From Gnetum montanum (taxonomy: Eukaryota; Plantae; Gnetophyta), in the NCBI GenBank assembly GCA_015680685.1, contig MNCI01000838.1, positions 1-64,000 of the forward strand: a stretch of DNA of 64,000 nucleotides, in the 5' to 3' direction. The notes beneath the pieces were generated by a model. The model saw only the letters and a program-made list of their open reading frames with translations. It was not told the DNA's origin and searched no databases. This document shows positions 36,380 through 49,456 of the stretch, in pieces. The translations under genes were made by a program, and so were the position numbers. Position 1 is the first letter of the stretch. Each line of letters opens with the position of its first letter.

Positions 36380-38181
36380 TGAAACACCCTCAAACTCCAA
36401 GGCATTCTTGCTTCACCAAGCCTTCGCAATCTAGGCAGCGTCATGACAATTCTTCGGGAGAAGAACGCTTTGAGTTTAGGCTGACCAATTTGGAAACTTA
36501 TCTACTCTCCGTATAGATAGGCTATATGGATCATCTTGCCTACCCACCTGAGTAGTTTATCTAGCCAACAACCTGCTCAGAAATAATGCATGGAGTTTAC
36601 AGCAGTGCTCAGGATGCGCGAAATAGTTCAGCAAGTTTTCTAAGTCACGAAGTTTGCTATGCTACGCTACGCCATGCCATGTAGCGTAGCAAGCTTCAGA
36701 AAAGGATTGTAGAAAAAACTGATATGCTAAGCTATGCTACTCAATGTAGCACAATGTAGCAAAAGTCAGCCAGCCAATTCCATAGCCCAACTCCAAGTGT
36801 TTCGGTGATGGCTCCTTCCACAGGAAAATGGCTAACTTTGCGAAAAGCAAGCCATGTCGGTCATCATGCTACGCTATGCCACGTAGTGTAGCATAGCATA
36901 GTGACTCTGGAGAAGCAACAAAGGTTTCTCAAAGGGTGGGATCATCAAGTTCACAAGGTTCACAGTGGAAAGGGCAAAGTTTGCAAATTTTTGACGTTTT
37001 GTAGATTCTTGACTAAGGCTAGTTGCTATGCTATGCTATGCTACGTAGTGTAGCTAGCATAGAAAATTTGCAACAAATAGTTAGCATATTTCAAAGGTTT
37101 CCAGCACCTGCAAAATGATAGAACGCAATTTTTTTCTTCTGGCGGCCATGCTACGCTACGCTGCATAGCGTAGCAAGACGCTACACTATACCAACAGCCA
37201 ACATAGCGCAACATAGCAAGCAGCTATGCCACATTGGTGCATTTCCTGATGTAGCAAGCTGCTATGCTATGCCCACATGTTATGCTACAAAGCATAGCAT
37301 AGCGTAGCACACAACTATGCTACATAAAAGCATTTCATCCATTTTAATCGTTACCTCACCTAATTGCACCATTGGCACACAAGCTCTGATGATGCAATTA
37401 CAACGTGGCATGTTCACAATTATAGCATGGCAAGCTCATCCAACAGACATGCATGTCCAACGGTCATGCATGCCTATGTAGCACAGACAAGTCAACATAG
37501 GCCTAAGGCATGTGGTGTCCAAACTGCATCTTTTGCATGCCCTTAACCCTATAAATACCCTGAAGGACAATGCTCAAAGGATCCTTTTTGGCTCGGTCAA
37601 TTGGTTGGTCCTTTAGCTAGCGAGTGAGCAAAAAAGTTAGCATTGCACCCCTAAACATTGTAAACATCTTGTTTAACATTGTAAACATTTGACACTCTCA
37701 TTTGGAATTTTTCTCTACTCTTTCTTACTATTCCCATAGCATTTTTCATTATTGACTCCTAATTCTGCATTCAAGAATATAGCTATCTTGCTCTAAACGT
37801 CTAGGTTACTCTTGGGATCTCTGCAGCCCTTAGCGTCGCACCACCAACTGTATCCACCTTGACAGAGTGAAGTCACATTCTTGAAGTGATGCATTTTCCT
37901 AATTGCATTTTACTTTATCTCTTGCTTATCATTGCATTTTACATTATCTTCTGCATCTGTTACATTTAAGCATTATTTTACAGTATAAGTCTCATTCTCA
38001 AATTATCTGGTTGCAAAAGGTTATATTAGCACCAACTAAGTCCCTGTCTAATAGACCAGACCATTTAGGGCATCCCATTTCCATTTTATCCTACAGGGCC
38101 CTTCTATAGATTCGTGGTTAAGACTGTCATGACCGACGACCCCTTGGTGTTTTCTAGCGACTGATGTTTTCAGTTGCAACA
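36380..38181 (+). mobile_element. 5' LTR of a nested Tat element interrupting the start of B pol
   Basis: TGAAACACCC...TGCAACA, TATA at 37550, PBS 38188-38204; itself interrupted at 38305. Confidence 0.8.
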
Positions 38182-38304
38182 ATTTTCTGGTTCTAGAAGG
38201 AGGGCCTCTTAGTGCCCTTTTCACGTGTCATGGTAGTTCTATAAGCCTTCTACACCATAATACGCATTAGCGTAAACTTGACACCCGTCTCTGGTTGTTT
38301 ATGC

Positions 38305-40228
38305 TAAAACACCACAAAATTTCAGCCCAACACTTTGAAAAGAGAATAATTCAGAGCCTCTTGAGTTCTGGGAGGCAAAAATTTGACTAAGGCATGAAAA
38401 TTACACTCAACTGGTCAAGCTAGCTTGCCCACACCAACTTATTCAAGCCAGCTTGCTCATTCCATCAAGCTAGCTTGCCCTCAACATGACCAAACCTAAC
38501 AGCTTTCAAATCAAGTCAAAATGATCCTAATTTGAATGGGCAAGGGCTCCTTGAGGCCCACTAATGATCACTCCAATTTTTAGCACCCAGAATGGAAGAT
38601 TTCAAGTTAGAATCTCATGAATCTTGCTACTCACATTGAGGTCACGCTGAAGTCACACTACCCAGTGTGAGTACAACATGAACATAGCTTGACCAACTTT
38701 TAGAGCCCTGAAAGCAAGTCCAAATAGTCTAAATTCAAGCACACAGACTCCCCTGAAGTTTCACTAATGTTCATTGCAACTCCTGACCTCTGGAACCTCA
38801 AACACTAAGCCCAAAATCATATGATTTATTTACTCATGCCCAGGTCACGTTGGGGTCATGCTAACAGCATGAGCCTAACGTGATAAAACAAAAATAGGTC
38901 AAATCAAGCAGTTCCAAGCATAATTTTTAGCATCAACTCAATCCCCAAGGACAAACAATAGTTCTACTTATTTATAGGCTCTAGAAAATCAAAATTCAAG
39001 AATGAAACATAGCATTCTAGCTTGGTCACATTGAGGTCATGCTGGGGTCATGCTAAGGTCACACTGGCAGTGTGAGCCTAGCGTGAGCTACCAAAGGTGG
39101 CCCAAATCTAGGCACAAACAGGCCCAGACTCCATGTGAAAGTTTCCCCCAAGGGTAGGTAGTAGTTACACTTGAAAAATAGGTCTCACAAATAAAAATTT
39201 GGTTTGAAATGAACCATTCCAACTTGCTCACACCTAGGTCATGTTGCAGTGTGAATCCAGCGTGAGGACTATTCATCAACACGAGTACTATTCATGCCGA
39301 AACAAAATCACTTCAAACGCATGCTAAGTACATGCCAAGACCAAATCAACTCATGCTGGGAGCCCTGTTGAAGTAGAGATGCCTCAAAAAACCACCCAAA
39401 CACTCAAATTGACATCTTGTAGTAGTTGATTCAAAGGATCATGAAGTTTCAAGCGAGTTGGCATCAATTCCTTTTGGAACCCATTGTGAATTTTCATTAT
39501 AAGCCTCACCATCTGTGAGCTTTTCAAGCCCTTACACTACTTCCATGGGCATAAGCCAGCTTGCGATTGTAAGATATAGTGCATCTAGCCTAGAATGTAG
39601 TCTACCCATGTACACCTGTCACAAGATCTATTTTTCTCTCATCTTATAGCCATTGATCTCATTCACGAATCCTACTCCCAAACCTAGCGAAATGTATAAA
39701 TACCATATTCATTGACATAAATGGAGTTGGAAATTTTGAAGCAGGAAAATTAGTAATCCTAAGCCCAGATGCACTTGATCCCCAGTGCCTACAAACACTT
39801 GACATCAGAGCTTAACGTCTGACTTGCAATTCAGACACGCAACTACGATTTGACCAGTGCACATTTTGTCAATTAATACAATACAATTTCATTTTTTCCT
39901 TCCATTTTTTTGTTCTAGTTCATTTTCTATTTCATCCTATTTTTTATTGCACATTTCTGCATATTCTATTTATGTTTGCACATTATATTCATGTTTACGT
40001 TTTGTTGCATTAAGTTCTTCATTTTACATTTCGTGACGATAATCCTAGTGTAGGCCATAGCGTATGCTTGGAGAAATCCTTAGTTGATCTATGTGTAGAC
40101 CATCTAAGGCACTCTACCTTCATTTTTCCAGCTTGTCCTTAGGTGAAGGCAAGGTCATCTATGTCTCTCTGGAGATCTTTTAGCATTCATTTTCCTCCAA
40201 CCTTACACCGACAATTTTAGACAATACA
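38305..40228 (+). mobile_element. 5' LTR of Tat element C (second family)
   Basis: TAAAACACCAC...ACAATACA followed by PBS 40234-40250. Confidence 0.75.
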
Positions 40229-40369
40229 GAAATTGGTGCTAGAAGGAGGGCCCCAAAACTCATTTTCTATTTAATCAAAATCATGATTACATTTGCCTAT
40301 TAAACATCACATAGATCTAATTTTGTAAACTAAAGCCCAAGTTGAGCTACTCACGTTAACCCCTATCAA

Positions 40370-40635
40370 TCACGCTGACCTTTCTCACGCTGGTCACCTA
40401 GTCGCACTGCAAGTTGGTCACTCTGGCACATGCTACTTATAAGTCACATTAAATTGCACTCACTACTAGGTCACGCTGGCTTGCACATGCTGCTAGGTCA
40501 CACTGGCTTGCACATGCTACTAGGTCATGGTAGCTTGCACAGGCTGCTAGGTCACACTAGCTTGCACATGAAGCTAGGTCACGCTAGCTTGCACACACTG
40601 CTACTAGGTCACGCTGGCTTGCACACACTGCTTGT
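40370..40635 (+). repeat. 27-bp tandem repeat in the 5' UTR of C
   Basis: CTAGGTCACGCTGGCTTGCACATGCTG units. Confidence 0.85.
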
Positions 40636-40786
40636 AAGTTATGTTGGACACATTGAGATTACTCACACTCCCTATCATCTATGCTGCATATTACACTTTA
40701 GTTGAACACACTACACAGTTGCACACACTACCCAGCTTGCTCAAGTTTAGCTTACATATGCCCATCTTGTTCAAGCTTAGTTACAC

Positions 40787-43700
40787 ATGGAATCTTCTCA
40801 GATCAAAGCAATATTGCCCATTTCTAACCTTAATGTTGAAATCTCAAATCCTGTGACTGTAACTGAATCCATAGTTACCATTGGAGAGATGAACCCTCAA
40901 AGGAAAAATCATCGATAACTTGTGTTACAAGGCAAGGACCCCACCTATACAATTCTTACCCCAGAACAATACAAATTTATCTACTTAAAGATCCAAGATA
41001 ACCTATCCATTGATCACATGGAAATGGAAGAAAAATGGCATTATGAACTCATCTATAAGGGAGGCCATAACTTTATCCCTTCACCATATGACATAATTCC
41101 CCTCTCTAAATCTCACCATGAACTCATATCCTAGCTCCTCATGGCAAGCAATCAAACCTTGTGGCAACCCACTATAGAGCCTCAAAATGAAGACAAGGAA
41201 GATGATTTCGTAGCTCAATCTGAACATGGGGATTAGTACCACACTCTCAGTCCTCATACTTACACGAACCCATTATTCCACCCATTCATGGGATAGACCA
41301 TGTCTCTTCATACATTTAAAAGTAATCAAGCACCTATTTCTCAATAGGAAGCACCCACTCTCATTCCTACTCTCCCCATGACCAACACCCAATTCAATGC
41401 ATCCATCTCTGTTATTCCTCTGGTCACCACATTATCCCCTCTCCTACAAGTACAACCCAAAAAAATCTCCTCTCAAACTAATATAGGAGTGACCTTCCCA
41501 CCCCAAATAATTGAAATTCCATCCATGATACCCGCTTCTACATCTACTCATTATATACCACAAGTGCAAATCCAAGGAACACCCTTCACTAGTTCAACTT
41601 AACAGGTTTAGGGTGTTTCCTCACAGCTTGTAACTGGGCAGTGGCCCACACCTAGTATTCAACAATATCAACTGGCTCATTACAGCATACAACCTATTAC
41701 AATTCCATCTATGAATGTCCCTCAAGTACAACCACCAATGACCCTACAGTCATCTTTCCCAAAAACTGCACAACAATCTAACTATTATCATGCTTAATCT
41801 AACCCACCAATTGATCCACCTAGTGTCCAAGAATGGGTAGAGGCTAGAAAAATGATGCAAGCATTGACCAATGAGGTAAGGCATCTTAAAATTGCAAACA
41901 CTGAAGAAGTCAAGGTGATGGATTTTTATCAAGATGATCTGATTAGCTCTTCAGTGCCACCATTGACTATACCAAAAGGAATTTCATTACCGCAGTTGAC
42001 CAAGTATAATGGAGAGGGAGATCCAAATGTTTACCTAGTGACATTCCGATTAGAATGTTTGTTACTTCAAGCTTGGCCTCATGCAATCCTGTGTGTGTTC
42101 ACCATGTCCTTAACTGGAAGAGCCTTAGACTGGTACTGAGCTCTACCATGTAACTCCATATCCTCTTTAGAGGATTTGTTACATCAATTTGTTACGCGTT
42201 TTAAGTATAACCTAAAGCCTGAAGCCACACTAGATAGTCTAATCCAAATAAAACAAGAACCATTAGAGCTCATACAAAATTTCATCCAAAGATGGAGCAC
42301 TGCTCTTAACAAACTTCACGAGCCTATCCTAGAAACATATTTACTTACAATTCTCAAAAGTGCTATGAATGATTTTGTTAAGTTAAAACTCTATTATCTG
42401 AATGCTCATACTTTGAGTCAGACATTTGTACAAATCAAGAACATAGAAGAGGTAGCACAAACAAGTCATGACCTAGTTTACCTAACTTTTAAATGTCAAC
42501 ATATGAGGAAAGATAAGGACAAGTCTAAAATGACAGTCGTAGCAATGGCAGAGGCAGCTCAACCCAACAATGCAGGGAAAAAAGGGAAACAACCCACTGC
42601 CCCCACTAGTCATGAAAGAATTACTCCAACATCTACACCTAAATCCTCCTCTGCCCAAAATGCTAACACAGGTCAAAATCGTACCTTTGAATGAAAGGAC
42701 CCTACCTAGTACATGCCCTTACCCATGAAACCTTCCCAAATATTGAACCAACCTCTAAAAGCTGGGTTAATTCAACATAAGTAAATGTCTCCTAGAGTGT
42801 CCCAAAAACATGATCGATACTGTGAGTTGGTTAAAAATCCAATGTTGGAAATAGTTAATGAACCTCCTATCCTGAGAGGTTTTAGGTTAGATAGATTCTG
42901 TGAGTATCACCAACGATGTGGGCATGGAACCCACTACTGCTTTACCATAAAACAAGACATACAATGTATGATTGATAGAGGTGAGATAGTCTTTGATGAA
43001 GCCAACCCAGTAAGATGTCAAAATCAATCTATGGGAGTCTACAAATACCCTCTTAACACCAAAGAGTTGCCCTATGTGATTAACACCATCCATGTAGGCA
43101 ATGAACAAGACATCCCATAAAGGTCTTTTGTGATTCGTGTGCCTACTGAAACTGTATCTACACTAACACCTCCACAAGCTCCTTTTGTCACATACACATC
43201 TCCTACATTGTGAAAACCATTTTTCATCCGAGTACACCCTACAGTTGCAACAACAAATGCATCATCACAAACCCAACCTACTCCATTTATAATCTGAGTG
43301 CCGCAACACTCTAATGTGCAACCCCCAATAGTTCCCCTACAACCTCGCGAGAACACCTCATCGATAGACTAACTAGGGAATGGTTGTTCAAAGAGCTTCA
43401 TGGTCATGAGTTAGGACCACCAAAACCCACACTGCTGAATGTTGTCCCTATGGTTCCAACTACTGATCAGCCTAGCACGAGTCATCAAGAAAAAAACTCA
43501 AGAATGTCCATTATCCCAAACCCAATAGCTACACTTAATAACACAAAAGTTCTTCCATAAGAGATACAAATGTTGGGTCAAATGGATCAAGTCTTAGCAG
43601 ATAAAAACATTCCTAATAGCAAAGACTTGGCCAGTGCCCAGACCCAAGTTACATAGGCATTAAAACAAAAGAACACCTCTCTAAGCCTATATGATCTAGT

Positions 43701-44559
43701 AATGACCTCCCTGGTACATTGGGAAGCTCTGGTGCATACGTTGACTTCAATCCCTATTAGTGAAGACCTTCCTACAAGTGAACCATCGATTTACATTGTA
43801 TTGTCTCCACATTAAGAATCGAGGTCCACATCTCTAGGATTTCATGCCAATGACATTAAGTGGAACGACAAAATAGGAGAGGTCACTACCGCCCCTATGT
43901 TTATAACAATACAAGTTAACCAATTTAAGATACATAGGGTGCATGTCAATGATGGAGCGGGAACAAATGTAATACCTTTTCCTGTCATTGAGTGACTAGG
44001 CCTTGTGAAACAAATACAACCAACAACATCATCATTCTTGAAATCTTTCAATGGTTCCCATGTCATGGTAAAAGGCATGATTACCTTGTATTTCATAGCA
44101 AGGGACCGGTTCCCCACATCGGCCAAATTAGTAGTCATGGATGAGATGCCAAGGTTTAATATGATTTTGGGACAGCCTTGGTTGGCTCAATTAAAAATTC
44201 TATCTTCACCAATTCATCAAGAAATCCACCTATCTTATGAGGGTGGTGAAATCATAATACACCGGGATACAACAACCTCACTTACTTCCTCACACGTAGG
44301 AATGAACCAAGAGTTAGAGATTGAACTCTCTGAATCTAGGAAAGACACCACTAGCAAAAGCCTAGATATCGCTCAATCTCCAACACATGACCTTCCTAAA
44401 ATAGAGGAAGCATAAGAAGATATAGATATAGGAGCCATTCCCATAGATGTCCCTTGTTTAGAACTACCATTTGACATATCCAGTGAGGAGGATGGCGAGT
44501 ACAAGATCATGCCTACACATCCCGCCCCTCACAGAAAATTACAAAAGTTAAGGAAATAG
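40787..44559 (+). pseudogene. Tat gag-protease, element C
   Basis: KYNGEGDPNVYLVTF, RALDWY, CEYHQRCGHGTHYC, VHVNDGAG, FNMILGQPWL. Confidence 0.85.
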
Positions 44560-45077
44560 ATCAAAAACTAAGATAAACCACCACACATCGTAATGATGTT
44601 AAACTACAAAATGTCTACAACGATGTTAAACTAGCTAGGGTCAGAAATGACCGGTTCTTCTAATTCACCGAAATGGCTACAGTCTCCTCCACCACTTTGA
44701 CAAAGATACAATAGTCCACCATGAATTTAAACTGATACACATGGTCCAAAATGGCCTTAAACTAAAGCACAGTACATCATCTATTCACCAAAGCTTTGCT
44801 ACATCATTATCATTTACATTTTGCAAGCTACAACTTTCATTCATTTTATGTTTACCAGACATGATTCCAGTTTACAATTATGTTCACAAATAAACTTGAC
44901 AAAACAAAATAAAATATATAAATATATGCAATCTGAAGTCTTAGCATGGAAATGGGAATAATGACATATTACACCACGATTATGTTACATCTGTCCTCAC
45001 ACATTCCAAAAACAAAATAACAAGCCAAAAAAAAACTAAAAACAAAATGACAAGACTGACAAAATTAACAAGCCAAA

Positions 45078-47136
45078 TCAGGCATTAGCATTAGGAAGGG
45101 GCTAGTCCCCAAAATCCTCTACGTCACCAGCTCCCATCCCACTTGGGCTAGCCTCATCACCACCATGTCCCTATCACAAAAAGAAAACAAAAAAACAAAA
45201 TAAGTAAACACACAAAATCAAGTAAAAAGAGCAAAAACACTAAGGAAAATGATGAAAACTAAAGTCAATAAACAAATATAGGACTAAAACACTCATAAGT
45301 GGGGAAGGCTTGAGATTAGCTTCCAGACACTATAGAATCTCTTCTTCAGGCATGCATTCCCAGTCTTTCTCAAGTCCTAGGTCGATATTGGCCAAGTCTT
45401 TGCCCTTGTCCACTAAAGACAAGGAAGGGCACTCAAGAGAAAACATGCTAGTGGAAGCTTCCCTAGATGTAGTGATAATGGATCTCTCAGGAGACCCCTC
45501 CACTTTCTTCCACTCAACGAACTTCTCATAGGAAGAGCGCAAGCCTAACCCCTTCATGAACATCTCCAATTGAAAACGTTAAACTAATTCCTCCTTCAAC
45601 CACTTTTTGTATTGGTTCTTATGATCTTTTTGATCCTGGTCCCATATACGTACCTTGGATGCAAAGGACTTCCTTTCATGGCACTTCCTATTCAAAAATC
45701 CATCTGGGCCCTCTGTTCAGCCAAATCCTGAATCACCTGCACCTTGCTATTCAAGCCTATCCAATAACATGCATAGGTGATCTCAGATGTATGCTAGGTA
45801 CTATCACTAGCCAATCTAGCAGAGGAAAAGTCATAATGGGCTTGCAAGTCATTCCTTTCCTCTGTTACTTTTGCCAAGTTTTCTTTCAATGATTGAACTT
45901 CAAGCCATAAGTGTTCAATTGAGCACCTGTAGGTCCAAAGTGACTTAGCATTCAAAACAACACAACCTGAAACCACATCATAAATACCTCTTGGGATCTG
46001 CTCAATATCTTTGGACAATTCTGGGAGACCATCAATATGGGTAGCCTCAGAAGGACTCCATTGAAGCTTTGCACCTACAATGACAAACATTACATATACG
46101 AGCTAAGAAGAGATTTCCAATAGATGCAAAAGCACAATGGACTCAGGCACTTGGTATGAAATACACATCTAATTTAGGATGAGCCTGTTGTAGATGAGAA
46201 AAAACATCATTGACGATGCCCGTAACAAAGTCTACTTTATTGGCATCTCAGGCCACGGCCTCAATTGACCAGTGGATGTTGAATCTACATGGGAAGGCAC
46301 CTCAACTAGGGCCTGTAACTATGACACAATAGCCTAAGATGCATGTGCTTTAGGTGCTTTAGCATCCATGTCTAATGTTAGAAAAAGTCATGATAATCAA
46401 ACCATGTACAAAGATAAGAAGTACAAAATGCAGATCAAACTAACTAAACACACCAAGCGACCCTTTGCTTGAAACTATCAACAACACATTTCTCCTTGCT
46501 TGAATGCTTAAGGGTATCTAAAGCCTTAGCAAGTGTCACTCCTGTGGTTTCTGTTTCATCCTCTTCTTGTAATATGGGAATCACCTCAATTACTTCTTCG
46601 CTTATATCCTCCTCTTCATCACATCCAATGATAACCATTTTAGGTTCACCCATTGGGGCTAATTCTTCCCTTTTCCTCTCAGGGGTACCCTATGTTAACA
46701 CCAGAAAATCTAAAGGTAGCATGACATAGTAGGTATGCATATTTAAGTAAGAAAATAAATTCAAAAGTGATAAAAATACTTAAACAAAAAAACTACTTAC
46801 CTGCTCCTGGCAAGATGAATCGAATCTTCTTTTCCCTTGGTGGTCTCACCACCGTAATAGGTGCTCTCAAACACTCAGCTCTTTTCACTTTAGCCTTGGC
46901 TTTCCTGATAGTATCCTAAATCAAGCACTCAACTCTCCTAATAGTTGTGTGTAGTTTAGGTGGTTCTAACACCAAGCTATCATGCAAATGGTGGGAATGA
47001 CTAGCTACACCCCCTGTTGTGACTGAGACTAATTCTTCGATGCCTTCGGGTGGATCTTGGGATCTAGTGGTGTTAAATAGATGATAGATCCAGGGGCAAG
47101 ATAATTGTGAATGATCTCTTAACACATAATGATTAT
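45078..47136 (-). pseudogene. 3' exons of antisense gene in element C, cut by insertion of D
   Basis: Exon 45794-46074 is homologous to 32019-32309. Donor GTAAGT at 46800, acceptors at 46690 and 46075. Confidence 0.65.
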
Positions 47137-48889
47137 TGAAACACCCTAAAAAGGTGCAAGGTCATTCTCACTTCACCAGGCACAGTACTTTGCATAGCAC
47201 TATGACAATTCTTCGGGAGGAGAACACTCTAAGTTTAGGCCAACCAATTCAGAAAATTTTCTACTTTGGGCATGAATGGGCTCTACTGGTCATCCTACCT
47301 GTTCATCCAAGTAGATCACCCAGTCGACAGCCTGCTCAAAAATGATGCGCAAATTTGGCAGCAGCATTTTGGATGCGCAAGAAATAGTTTGTCAAGTTTT
47401 CTAAGACACGAAGTCTGCTATGCTACGCTACGCCCCGCTATGTAGCGTAGCAAACTTTAGAAAACATCTGCAAAGTGAAGTGTCACACTATGCTACGCTA
47501 CAAAGCATAGCATAGCATAGCAACAAACACATAACTAGTTTCATTATCCAAATTCAAGTCCTTCAAATGTCCCTTTCCATTAGGAAGTGGTGGACTATGT
47601 CTGCTGCTATGCTATGCTGAGCTACATGATGCAGCAAGGTGTAGAAATCCTATAGAAGAGACAGAAGGCAGCTCAAAAAACAAGGCTAACAAAGTTGCAA
47701 GTTCTACAGTGCAGGAAACAAGGTTTGTAGATTGGCCAAGTTTTTTGTAACTAAGGCCAGACACTGCGCTACATAGCATAGCATAGCATAGCAAGCATGT
47801 AGCACATGTGTAGTGAAAAGCAGGATAATATGCTACGCTACGCCAAGCATGCCATGCTATGATGCATGGTGAAGCATGTAGGTGGTTGTGTGATATCAAT
47901 GCACTTCACCTAATTAGACCATTGGCACACATTTCTAGATGCTGATGGCATAATTACGGTGTGGCAGGCTCATGGTTGTGGCATTGCAGACTCACGGTCA
48001 CAACGGTCATGAACGCCTAATGGTCATACTGGCACGTGCGAAACCAACAATTCAACGAAGTCTCAGGGCACATGGCATCCAAATTGGCCCTATTGCATGC
48101 CCTTGGTCCTATAAATACCCTGAAAAGAAACACTCAAAGGCTCTTTGGCTCACTCTCTCTCTTCGGTTCTAATTCAATTCCATTTAGTTCAAAAATTTTT
48201 GCCAAGTGTCTGATTTCTCTTCTACTTGGCGAATCAAGTTTTCCTCCTGGCACATTGCAGCATCCAACATTGTAAGCTTTCTATTTGGCACTGCAAACAA
48301 TTAGCATTTACAACTAACATTCTATTCTATCCTTCTTCTACCACCTTGGTAGAATCCATGCATTGTCAGCTCTTAAGTCTGTCTCCAAGCGCACAACCTG
48401 CTTTGCTCTACACATTCTGGTTACCCTCAGGATCTCTACACCCCATCATGTTGTGCAACCAACTGTATCCACCCTGACAGAGCAAACATGTAGCTTTGGA
48501 GTAGTGCATTTTCCTAACTGTATTTTACTTTATTTTCCTACTTATTCCCATGTGATGCATTATTGTCTACCTTATTTACTTTCAAGCATTACTTCACTTT
48601 TTCACCCTCGTTTTCAAATTATATATTGCAAAAGGCTATATAGATGCTGATTAAGTTCCTGTTTGATCAACAAGACCATTCAGGGTACCTCGTATCCACA
48701 CACATTCCCAGCATGACCCTCCCACGAGTACGGGGTCCAGACTATCACGCTCTCTGAACCCTTGATGTTTTCCAACTACTGACATTTTCAGTCGTTACAT
48801 TTTTTGGTGCTAGAAGGAGGGCCTTTTGGTTTCTTTTCCACATGCCATAGTAGTTCTGTGAGCCTTCTGCACCTAGATATGCATAAGAG

Positions 48890-49385
48890 TAAATGTGACA
48901 CCCTTCCTTGGTTGTTTGCACTTTGCATGATGTAGATCGGTCGCTTCGATGGTCCCTTGGGAGCCCTAAAGAACATAAGGCCTCTGATTGCCAGTTAACT
49001 AGCCTATTTTATAGTAGTCTTCCATGCATTCTGTACCTCATCATGCATAGTACAGGTCATTCACCTTGACGGTTCCTCCAAAGCCCTGTGAGACATAAAG
49101 CCTTTTGTTCACTAGTTAACTTGCCCACCTCATGGTCTTGCATGCATTCTATACCACATCGAGCATGGTATAGATTAGTCTCTTTGATGGTTCCTCGAGG
49201 GTCCTATAAGATCTAAAGCCTTTACCAGTTAGCTAAATCTATCTTACAGTATCTTGCACGTTCTCTGTACCTCATCGTGCATTGGCGTAAACGTGACACC
49301 CTATTCCGGTTGTTTACGCTTTGTGTGGTGTAGATCAGTTGCCTCGACGGTTCCTCAAGAATCCAGCAAGACATAAAGTCTTCTT
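48890..49385 (+). repeat. ~115-bp tandem repeats in the 5' UTR of D
   Basis: Four units of GTAGATCGGTC..GATGGTTCCTC..CATAAAGCC; two units in B (26670-26950). Confidence 0.7.
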
Positions 49386-49456
49386 TTTTGTTGCCTTGCA
49401 GTCTCTTTGTTCTTTTTGCATTTTTTACGCTCTTTTGCAAAACTACTAAGTTTGCA

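Noticed and set aside
40430-40705. ORF with repeated LLGHAGLH
   Set aside because: It is a translation of a 27-bp tandem repeat in the 5' UTR.
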